Assembly (NCBI RefSeq): GCF_000009705.1
Contig: NC_003272.1
Span: 6,090,001-6,122,000, forward strand
DNA: 32,000 nucleotides
DNA from: Nostoc sp. PCC 7120 = FACHB-418
Lineage (GTDB): Bacteria; Cyanobacteriota; Cyanobacteriia; Cyanobacteriales; Nostocaceae
Direction: 5' to 3'
Below, piece by piece: positions 15,588 through 23,284 of this stretch (positions are counted from its first letter, which is position 1; each line of letters starts with the position of its first letter). Under the pieces are notes generated by a model. It ran no database searches and was not told the DNA's origin. It saw nothing but the letters and a program-made list of their open reading frames with translations. Made by a program: the position numbers and the translations under genes.

Positions 15588-18341
15588 TTAATTTTCGACT
15601 ATAGCAGTACAGGTCAACTGTGATAAGTGCAATGTGGAAGAGAGTGTAGAGACTAGCTCAACTTTACCTTGAGCATTACGATGCCAAGAAGTAGCTTGGA
15701 CGGGAATTTGTGGCTGTGCGGGTATTTGTGCTTGTATTGAAGGGGTGTTCTGGAATGCAGAGATGTCGCGGATATCAGACCAAGTGCGATCGCTCCTCAT
15801 ATCTTGCGTGGGATTTTGTGGTATTCCGCCCCTGCCTGTGGCGACAAAACTACTACCAGTATTTGCTGAACAACCTGTAGCAATTTGTTGTGACGAGTCA
15901 GTAACATTCCCAGGTAGTTCAATTAAGCCAGAATTAGGGTCAACACCAAAGTTATTAATTTGTACAGTGCCGCTAACTCCAAATTGAGAACTGGCTGTAA
16001 TATCACTTTCGGAGGTAGCTTGGGGACGGAATTTTAGTCCAAATAAACCCTGAGTTTGAATATCGATGTTACCACCAGCCCCTTCAATCGCATTGGCAGT
16101 AATATCACTGTTTTCTAAACCAATAATAATCGGTGCATGAATACTGATATTGCCACCTGTGGCTGTACCTGTAGCATTAGTATTAATTTTACTGCCAGAA
16201 CGCATCAGTAGAACATCAGCAGCTAGACTAATATTACCGCGATCGCCTACAGAAACTTCTGAAAGCAGACTGCCTCCTTGCTCCAGCTTAATCCGGTTGG
16301 CATTCACGATCAAGTTACCTGAATTGCCACCACCTGTATTACTGACAGAAATTTGCCCATGATTAAGAACATTGAGCCGATTCGCCACTAGATTAACTGA
16401 ACCAGCATCAGAGGTTGTAGTAGAAGCTGCCGTAATGGTGCTTGGGAGAATGCGACCATCAGTTAAGGGTTTGGACATACCCTCTACAGTAATATTGTTG
16501 ACTTGCAAATTAACATTACCCGCCGCACCATTACCATCTGCGGAGGAGGTAATTTGTCCACCGTTGAACACACGCAGGTTATCGGCTGTCAGGTTAAGGT
16601 TGCCACCTGAACCCGTAGAACCATTGCCCAGAGAGGCTTTGATACCTGTGATAGTTTGGCTATATCCATCAATCATCGGTTCGCTGACCTGTATATCTTT
16701 AGCTCGAATCTCAATATCTCCTGCTGTACCGTTTGCTCCTGGTATAAAAAGACCCAAGAAATTTACTTGAGAACCTACTACCTCACTAGTAATGCCCCCA
16801 CCATTTGATAATATGAGATTCCCTGTATCGATAGAAATGCGTCCTCCTTGTCCTGTTGTCCCAGATTCCAGTGAAGCAAGAACCGCACTAAATATACCAA
16901 CAGGGTTAGCGCCTTGAATCTCTAAACTCTCGGTAGCTCGAATGGTGACTTCTCCTCCTCTACCATTCCCTCCCAACACACTGCTACTAATACGACCACC
17001 ATTGAATAGGTGAATCCTTTGAGCATCAACAGTAACTTGTCCACTCTGATTATTGCTTCCCGATAGAAGTAAATTACCAATTGAAGTTGCAGAAGCTCCA
17101 AATAAAGTTTCATATCCCAATAGATCCACATCTGTAGCGTGTATGGTGATGTCTCCAGTCCTAGAGTTATTACCAGAAGTGCTGGACACAAGCCAAGCTC
17201 CATTCGTCATCTTTAAACGTCCAGTTTCGATGGTTATATTTCCTGCTTGTCCTGTTGCTGGTGGCCCTGGAAGTACAAATAATCCTAATGAATTGCCTAC
17301 GGAAGTGCTGATCCCAGCGAAAAGAGGTTGGTTAACAAAATCAATGGTTCCTAAAAGATCGATAAATTCTGTAGTGTGGATAGTAATACCTTTTCCTTGT
17401 CCAGCAAATGTTTTTGCACCTATGTTCGAGCCATCCTTTAAGGTTAATCCCCGTCCCCAAATATTGATTGCGCCACCGTTGCTACCATCCGCAGTAACAA
17501 AAGAAGTTTGTTGAAGTGTAATTGTACCCCCGTTGACAGTATTTGGCGAAGAAGTGAGTTGCCATCCGGTTTCCTTGTCTAGGGCAATTTCTCCACTTTG
17601 CAGCGCCCATAATTCGATATGTCCATCAGGAGCAGAAATACTGGCACTATCAATATCAATCTGACTACCCACAAGAGCTAAAGTCTGATTGGGAATCACT
17701 GATAATGTTGGTAATCTAACAAAGAACAAACCGAAACCTAACTCTGGAAGCCCTTGCACTTGAATTGGTGAGCCTTGGACTTGAATTGCTCCGGCATTAC
17801 TTCCCATCTGTAACCCCACGGGTACACTCATAGTCAATAATGGCAGTGCAGCAGAGTTAGTTGCACTAAATTCTGTCCCATCGGAAAACTTAATACTACT
17901 CGCTGTTGTTCCGACGAACGAACCACCGATATTTAGGCTGGCATTTGGCCCGAATACAATCCCGTTAGGATTCATCAAAAATAAACTGACTGGGTTATTG
18001 CTACTGAGCGTCCGAATCAACCCATCTATCTGAGAAACATTACCGCCTGTGACTCGGCTAAATATCGTTGTAATATTTGGCGTATTTGTTAAATCAAAGG
18101 TTGCCTTGCCACCTGTCGGCACAGAGAAATTACTGAAGCTGTGAAATAAATTATTTCCCTTATCAATACCATTGAGAATAGAAAAATCATCACCAATGGC
18201 GTTGACAGTAGTGTTAGTTGTGTTATCAGATGTGACTTGAGCTAGGGTTGGTAGTGAGAGAGTGGAAGTGAACAAGCCAGTGGTCAATGCTGTTAACAAC
18301 AATTGAAACCAGAGATTTGATTCTTTGTAGTTAATTCTCAT
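15588..18341 (-). CDS. TpsA / filamentous-haemagglutinin-like exoprotein, paralogue 7
   Basis: The track ORF is 15588-18347, but it begins with TTG-GTG. The first ATG (18339-18341) gives MRINYKESNLWFQLLL.... Signal peptide ends ...PTLA|QV. TPS motifs: NLFHSFSNFSVP, FDLTNTPNITTIFSRVTGGN, SLFLMNPNGIVFG. The core resembles that of paralogue 8. C-terminal module: GCSANTGSSFVATGRGGIPQNP, RSDRTWSD, SWHRNAQGKVEL, LTCTA. Confidence 0.92.
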   Translation of the reverse strand: MRINYKESNLWFQLLLTALTTGLFTSTLSLPTLAQVTSDNTTNTTVNAIGDDFSILNGIDKGNNLFHSFSNFSVPTGGKATFDLTNTPNITTIFSRVTGGNVSQIDGLIRTLSSNNPVSLFLMNPNGIVFGPNASLNIGGSFVGTTASSIKFSDGTEFSATNSAALPLLTMSVPVGLQMGSNAGAIQVQGSPIQVQGLPELGFGLFFVRLPTLSVIPNQTLALVGSQIDIDSASISAPDGHIELWALQSGEIALDKETGWQLTSSPNTVNGGTITLQQTSFVTADGSNGGAINIWGRGLTLKDGSNIGAKTFAGQGKGITIHTTEFIDLLGTIDFVNQPLFAGISTSVGNSLGLFVLPGPPATGQAGNITIETGRLKMTNGAWLVSSTSGNNSRTGDITIHATDVDLLGYETLFGASATSIGNLLLSGSNNQSGQVTVDAQRIHLFNGGRISSSVLGGNGRGGEVTIRATESLEIQGANPVGIFSAVLASLESGTTGQGGRISIDTGNLILSNGGGITSEVVGSQVNFLGLFIPGANGTAGDIEIRAKDIQVSEPMIDGYSQTITGIKASLGNGSTGSGGNLNLTADNLRVFNGGQITSSADGNGAAGNVNLQVNNITVEGMSKPLTDGRILPSTITAASTTTSDAGSVNLVANRLNVLNHGQISVSNTGGGNSGNLIVNANRIKLEQGGSLLSEVSVGDRGNISLAADVLLMRSGSKINTNATGTATGGNISIHAPIIIGLENSDITANAIEGAGGNIDIQTQGLFGLKFRPQATSESDITASSQFGVSGTVQINNFGVDPNSGLIELPGNVTDSSQQIATGCSANTGSSFVATGRGGIPQNPTQDMRSDRTWSDIRDISAFQNTPSIQAQIPAQPQIPVQATSWHRNAQGKVELVSTLSSTLHLSQLTCTAIVEN

Positions 18342-18403
18342 CACCAATACCTTAGATTGACCTCGTTAAAGTTAAAGTTCCCTTGAAGGTATGAAAAATA
18401 ACA

Positions 18404-21145
18404 TTATTGAATTTTAGGAACAGCAGCACAGGTTAATGATGGTTGTACCTGATTCGGAGAGTTATCTGCAACCAGTTCAATTTTGCCTTGGGCGTTGCGA
18501 TGCCAAGAAGTAGCCCGGATGAGAACTTGTGGTGTTGTCGGTATTTGGGCCGTCACATTACCAGTTTTGTGGAATGCAGAGATGTCGCGCACATCAGACC
18601 AAGTGCGATCGCTCCTCACTTCCTGATTGGGATTTTGTGGTATTCCACCCCTGCCTGTGGCGACAAAACTACTACCATTATCACCAGAACAACCTGTAGA
18701 CACTTTTTGTGACGGATCATTTACATTTGCTGGTAATTCTACTAAACCTGAGTTGGGATCAACGCCGATAGTATTGACTTGAACCGTACCACTTAGCCCG
18801 AATTGGGAACTGGCGGTGATGTCACTATCAGGGGTGAGTCGGTCACGGAACTCAAACCCTAACAAACCTTGAGTTGTAATTAGAATATTACCACCTCGTC
18901 CTAAGACTGCATTGGCAGCAATATCACTGTTTTCTTTAGGGACAGCAATAATCGACTCGGCACTAATATTAATGTTACCACCCGTGGAAGTACCACGAGC
19001 ATTGGTAACAATATTACTGCCGTGTCTGAGGAGAACAAAATCACTGGCGCTAAGTTGAATGTTACCACGACCACCTCCATTCACCTCGGCTCGCAGACTT
19101 GCGCCATTATCTAAAAATATCTGACTAGCATTAATATTTAAGTTACCAGCATCCCCGGAACCAAGATTGCTGACAGTAATTTCTGCCCCATCACGAACAC
19201 TCAAGCGGTCGGCATTAATATTAACTGACCGAGCAGAAAAATTATTGGTGGCAGATGCTGTAATAGTACTAGGCAGTATCCGACCATCCCTTAAAGGTTT
19301 AGAAAGACCCTGTACATCAATATCATTAACCAGTAAATTCACCGTGCCAGCAGATCCTTGACCCAAGCTAGATGAAGTGATCTGGCCACCTTGGAACACG
19401 CGTAAGCGTTCAGCTTGCAGATTGATATTACCACCATCACCAATCGCATTTTTATTCACTGCCACAGTAATACCACTAACTGTATTACTAAAACTATCGA
19501 GCGTTGGCTTACTGACTTCTACATTTTGAGCCTGAATTGCTATATTCCCGGCATTGCCAGTACCTGATAGTTCACTAGCGATAGACCCACCATTTGTGAC
19601 GCGCAAATTTCCTGTGTTAATAGTAATATTGCCAGCTTCACCTTGAGCAAAAGCTTGAATTGAACTAATGATAGCACCAGACAATCCCCCAGCCGTAGTT
19701 CCATTAATTTCCAGAGACTCGCTAGCTTGAATAGAGATATCTCCAGAATTACCGATGGTGATTGAGTCTAAACCAGGAATTGGGAAACCTATTATACTGG
19801 CACTAATACGTCCACCGTTCAGCAGACGAACTTGATTAGCTTCAATGGTGATAGTACCGCTATTATTTCTTTTGCCACTATTAACTAAGGTGGTAATAGC
19901 ACTAGGTCTAAAATTAGCAACTCCAGTAAAAGGATTGGGAAATGGGTTATAGCCACTCACTTCCACGTCCTTAGCAGAAACGGTAATGTTGCCTGTAGTA
20001 GTATCGTTGATGGGAGTAAGGCTGAAGGTTGAGAAATCGAAGGTAAAACCATTGTTGATAGATTGCAACCATGCTCCATTCTGAATCCGTAAACTTTCAG
20101 TCTCGATGGTAATATCTCCCGCCTTTGCCCCACTTCCAGATACAGTAGTGAATAATCCAGGGGTGTCATAATTTTGTGGATCTGATACTCCCAACAAATC
20201 AATAAATTCAGTGGTTTTGACGGTAATCCCTTGTCCTTGTCCAGATGCTCCTGTAGCCGAAGTAATCCCCGAACCTTCCTGAAGTGTTAAACCTCGGCCA
20301 CGGATGTTAATAGCTCCCCCATTTATTCCACTAGTATCGATATATGAGGCTTGTCTGAGGGAAATCAGTCCCCAGTCAGCTGTCGTAGGGCTAGTTAGTT
20401 GTAATCCTGTTTGATTATTTAATCCTACCTCTGCATTCCGCAATGCCCACAATTCCACTCTGCCGTCTGGATTGGCAAGACTAGTTTGATTAAGATCAAT
20501 TTCACTACCAACTAAAGCGACGGTTTGAGCCTTAAAACTTTGCGCGGGGCGAAACAGGAAATTAAGTGCTGGTGTGCCTTGGGTACGAATTGCTCCAGCA
20601 TTGCTGCCTAGTTGTAGTCCCACAGGCACACTCATGGTTAATAAAGGCTGTGTTGTAGAGTCGGTAGCGCTAAATTTACTCCCGTCAGCAAATTGAATAC
20701 TTTCGGCAGTAGTTCCAACAAAAGACCCACTAATGTTGAGGCGGGCATTAGGCCCAAATACAATTCCGCTAGGGTTAAGTAGAAACAGACTAACAGGGTT
20801 TTTGCTATTGATAGTCTGAATTAAGCCATCGATATGGGAAATGCTACCTCCAGTGACTCGACTAAAGATAGTAGAAATATTAGGTGTATTGACTAAATCA
20901 AATGTGGCTGAACCTGGATTGGGAACGGAAAATTGCCCAAAGCTGTGAAATAGATTACTACCTGAGGCACTACCATTAGTGATTGTGAAATGATTGCCAT
21001 TTTTAGTGATATCAGTATTGAGACTGCCGTCTGAAGTGACCTGAGCAGAGGCACAACTATTCCATAGAATGATTCCTAATGGCAACAGCAGCGAACTTGT
21101 AATGATTCGATTTGCCAAACCCCACCCAAAAAAAGGCTGTCTCAT
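18404..21145 (-). CDS. TpsA / filamentous-haemagglutinin-like exoprotein, paralogue 8 (first cargo gene after tpsB)
   Basis: 913-aa ORF with ATG at 21143-21145. Signal peptide ends ...CASA|QV. TPS motifs: NLFHSFGQFSVP, FDLVNTPNISTIFSRVTGGS, SLFLLNPSGIVFG. C-terminal module: GCSGDNGSSFVATGRGGIPQNP, RSDRTWSD, SWHRNAQGKIEL, LTCAA. Confidence 0.93.
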   Translation of the reverse strand: MRQPFFGWGLANRIITSSLLLPLGIILWNSCASAQVTSDGSLNTDITKNGNHFTITNGSASGSNLFHSFGQFSVPNPGSATFDLVNTPNISTIFSRVTGGSISHIDGLIQTINSKNPVSLFLLNPSGIVFGPNARLNISGSFVGTTAESIQFADGSKFSATDSTTQPLLTMSVPVGLQLGSNAGAIRTQGTPALNFLFRPAQSFKAQTVALVGSEIDLNQTSLANPDGRVELWALRNAEVGLNNQTGLQLTSPTTADWGLISLRQASYIDTSGINGGAINIRGRGLTLQEGSGITSATGASGQGQGITVKTTEFIDLLGVSDPQNYDTPGLFTTVSGSGAKAGDITIETESLRIQNGAWLQSINNGFTFDFSTFSLTPINDTTTGNITVSAKDVEVSGYNPFPNPFTGVANFRPSAITTLVNSGKRNNSGTITIEANQVRLLNGGRISASIIGFPIPGLDSITIGNSGDISIQASESLEINGTTAGGLSGAIISSIQAFAQGEAGNITINTGNLRVTNGGSIASELSGTGNAGNIAIQAQNVEVSKPTLDSFSNTVSGITVAVNKNAIGDGGNINLQAERLRVFQGGQITSSSLGQGSAGTVNLLVNDIDVQGLSKPLRDGRILPSTITASATNNFSARSVNINADRLSVRDGAEITVSNLGSGDAGNLNINASQIFLDNGASLRAEVNGGGRGNIQLSASDFVLLRHGSNIVTNARGTSTGGNINISAESIIAVPKENSDIAANAVLGRGGNILITTQGLLGFEFRDRLTPDSDITASSQFGLSGTVQVNTIGVDPNSGLVELPANVNDPSQKVSTGCSGDNGSSFVATGRGGIPQNPNQEVRSDRTWSDVRDISAFHKTGNVTAQIPTTPQVLIRATSWHRNAQGKIELVADNSPNQVQPSLTCAAVPKIQ

Positions 21146-21321
21146 CTTCAGAGTTTCCTGATAATACTCAATTTATAATTCCCTAAATAGTATTGTTTTT
21201 AACAATAGTAACCAGGGGGACTGATTAGAGGTTAGGGCGTGTAAGCGATCCGCCCAATGTATAAATATCCGTATCTTAGGCACAAATAAACTACAAGAAG
21301 GCCTCAGGGGCAAAACAGGTA

Positions 21322-23088
21322 TTAAAACGGAGAATATTGTAATGAGAAGTACAAACCATTTTCTTGGAGCGATCGCTTTTCACCATCTACGGATGTTAGA
21401 GGAATACCCCAATCTAGCCTAACTGAGAAACTATCCCCTTGTTTCCATAGCAGCCCCAACCCAGTACCCACAAAGGTACTTGGTGACGGGTTACTACCTT
21501 GGGTATTCCAGCCTGTGCCTATGTCGATAAATGGTGTTAGTTGTAGCACGCCTCCCAAGTTATCAGCACGGACAATCGGTAACCTCAATTCTCCAGACAA
21601 CAATAAACCATTATCTGTAAGTAATGTATCTTGGCGATAACCCCGGACACTTTGCTGACCACCAAGACCAAATTGTTCCAAGGGTACTAGGGAAGTTGAG
21701 GCTAGTTGAATATCGCCTCTGGCTAAAAATAGGGTGTCTGGTGCTAACTGTCTTACCCATTGCGCCTGTCCCCGCCAGGCGAAAAAGCGACTATCTGGTT
21801 CATCCTGATTCACATTAGCATCGAACCAATTTACTCCCAAGCTAAATTGCGATCGCGCTGCAAAAACTTGCTCATTGCTGCGTTGGGTATACTCCTGGGT
21901 AAAGCGGAAGGCAGAAATCTTAGTTCTTCCTTCTGCATCTGCACCAGGTGATAAAGGAAACCCACCAATATTATCCAGCCCTAACTCAGTCTGGCTTTCT
22001 TGGCGCGAGAAGGATAGCCCCACCGCTAATTCTTGGGTTGGCTTTTGAATGAGTGGCTGTCGATAGCCAAATTCATAAGAGGTCGTGTTGGATTGAATAT
22101 CTAGGACGCTGAATGGGTCTTCAATTACACGGTTCCACCCCTGGTTAAAACCGAAGGATACGGTACCATTGCGGGCATTAATGGGCAGTTGGTAATTTAA
22201 ATTAATGGCATTACTGCCATCTGTGTTGTTGTACCCTACGCTGAGAGTGTCGCCTAAACCTAGTAAATTTGCCTCTTGCAGATTTACCCCCCGGCGAAAA
22301 CTACCCACACTAGGCGATCGCCCATTATCTAAAGTTGCTGTCAGTGAGAAGGTATCGGCTTCTTGTACCTCAACTTGCAAGATGTTAGTTCCAGGTTCTA
22401 CACCCATTTGCAACTCGGCTGACAAATTTTGAATACGCGGATCGAGGCGCAGTAGTTGTAGCTTTTCTATTAAGCGCGGTACGTTGAGTGGCTTACCAGC
22501 ACCCAATTGAATGCGATCGCGAATGTATTGACTACGCAGTCGCCGATTACCAACTATTTTAATGTCCTGCAAACTGCCTTCTACTATCTGAATAGTAATT
22601 ACTCCAGCTTCTACTGTCTGCGGTGTAATTACAGCCCCTGTCGTTACATAGCCGTTATCAGTGTAGAGTTTGGTGATAGCGTCTCTAACTTGCAACAGTT
22701 CTGCAAATGATACTTCTCGTCCCACGAAGGGATCTGTAATAGGGGTAAATTTTTCTGGTGGGAAAACTTGACTACCAACAACTTCAATACGATCAACTCG
22801 AAATTTGGCATTAGTATCATTTTCTACTGGATTTTGCTGCTCTAGTAGATCCGTAGGAGCAGGTAATTGCTCTTGATCTGATGGTTTTTGCAATACTTCC
22901 GACGGTAAAGTCCTCGTAGGAATATCTTCTAAACGATCCTTTGGCAAGGAGCCAGGGTCAGGTGTTTGGGCGATCGCTGGATGATAGTCGCATAATACTG
23001 CTGCTACCACAAAAGCATATTTGAGAAGTTTGAGTTTAGTAATGGAATTTTCTGTATATGAAACTAATAATTCTGAATTTACATTCAT
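21322..23088 (-). CDS. TpsB outer-membrane transporter (ShlB/FhaC/HecB family, Omp85 superfamily, POTRA-containing)
   Basis: 588-aa ORF. It has a hydrophobic signal-like segment (LLKYAFVVAAVL...AIAQ) and a Pro/Gln-rich linker. POTRA-like segments: FRVDRIEVVGSQVF...LYTDNGY and ITIQIVEGSLQDIKIVGNRRL. The loop-6 signature is GGQQSVRGY. The C-terminal half has alternating beta-strand character and ends in the aromatic terminus ...YFSLQYSPF. It lies directly upstream of, and co-oriented with, the TpsA genes. Confidence 0.88.
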   Translation of the reverse strand: MNVNSELLVSYTENSITKLKLLKYAFVVAAVLCDYHPAIAQTPDPGSLPKDRLEDIPTRTLPSEVLQKPSDQEQLPAPTDLLEQQNPVENDTNAKFRVDRIEVVGSQVFPPEKFTPITDPFVGREVSFAELLQVRDAITKLYTDNGYVTTGAVITPQTVEAGVITIQIVEGSLQDIKIVGNRRLRSQYIRDRIQLGAGKPLNVPRLIEKLQLLRLDPRIQNLSAELQMGVEPGTNILQVEVQEADTFSLTATLDNGRSPSVGSFRRGVNLQEANLLGLGDTLSVGYNNTDGSNAINLNYQLPINARNGTVSFGFNQGWNRVIEDPFSVLDIQSNTTSYEFGYRQPLIQKPTQELAVGLSFSRQESQTELGLDNIGGFPLSPGADAEGRTKISAFRFTQEYTQRSNEQVFAARSQFSLGVNWFDANVNQDEPDSRFFAWRGQAQWVRQLAPDTLFLARGDIQLASTSLVPLEQFGLGGQQSVRGYRQDTLLTDNGLLLSGELRLPIVRADNLGGVLQLTPFIDIGTGWNTQGSNPSPSTFVGTGLGLLWKQGDSFSVRLDWGIPLTSVDGEKRSLQENGLYFSLQYSPF

Positions 23089-23284
23089 ATATTTAAATCC
23101 CGATACTTTGGTTTAACGGGTATGTTTAATTACACATGATCTCTATATTTTTTACAGTAATCATCAGCATAAATACGGTTTTTCCTCAAAGTACTTAATG
23201 GCAGAAGTGTAATTACTTTCACCCATCACCGATGCCCACTTCTCCTGATACAATCATGAAAACTAAGTTTTATGGGTTAAAGCT
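23089..23284. promoter_or_regulatory. Divergent intergenic region, likely carrying the promoter(s) of the tpsB-tpsA array and of the dehydrogenase gene
   Basis: 196-bp AT-rich non-coding gap between divergently oriented genes. tpsB is the first gene of a 23-kb co-oriented cluster. I could not assign specific -10/-35 boxes with confidence; a TACAAT at about 23247-23252 lies on the plus strand upstream of the GTG start. Confidence 0.3.

Noticed and set aside
277-20202. About 35 plus-strand or alternate-frame ORFs of 60-179 aa lying inside the TpsA genes (e.g. 1012-1464, 2567-2866, 5101-5334, 7580-7777, 8246-8785, 9584-10060, 10560-10961, 14986-15333, 17053-17514).
   Set aside because: All are fully embedded in long minus-strand ORFs that carry strong family motifs. 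Their translations are low-complexity Pro/Leu/Ile/Val-rich strings, which is the mirror image of Gly/Asn/Ile/Thr-rich codons. The recurring MPWVLRCQEVAW... ORFs only reflect the conserved C-terminal module read antisense.
1-21145. Contact-dependent inhibition (CdiA/CdiI) or another polymorphic-toxin array with orphan toxin/immunity cassettes.
   Set aside because: The C-termini are the most conserved part of these proteins, not the most variable. I saw no VENN-like pretoxin demarcation. The 62-94-bp spacers leave no room for immunity genes. Every copy has its own signal peptide and full TPS domain, so none is an orphan C-terminal fragment.
1-21145. CRISPR array or non-coding satellite as the explanation for the periodic repeats.
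   Set aside because: The period is 2.4-2.9 kb and the repeated parts are the in-frame 5' and 3' ends of paralogous genes. No short direct repeats with unique spacers and no cas genes are present.
1-21145. RTX-type (type I secreted) calcium-binding repeat proteins, suggested by the abundant GNGGNI / GGNI strings.
   Set aside because: The repeats do not follow the GGxGxDxUx nonapeptide. The proteins have N-terminal Sec signals and TPS motifs, and they sit behind a TpsB gene. No ABC/MFP/TolC export genes are present.
1-23088. A diversity-generating retroelement or invertase-driven shufflon as the source of the variability.
   Set aside because: No reverse transcriptase, recombinase or invertase ORF is present in the window. 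I saw no template/variable repeat pair with adenine-specific differences. All cassettes are in the same orientation.
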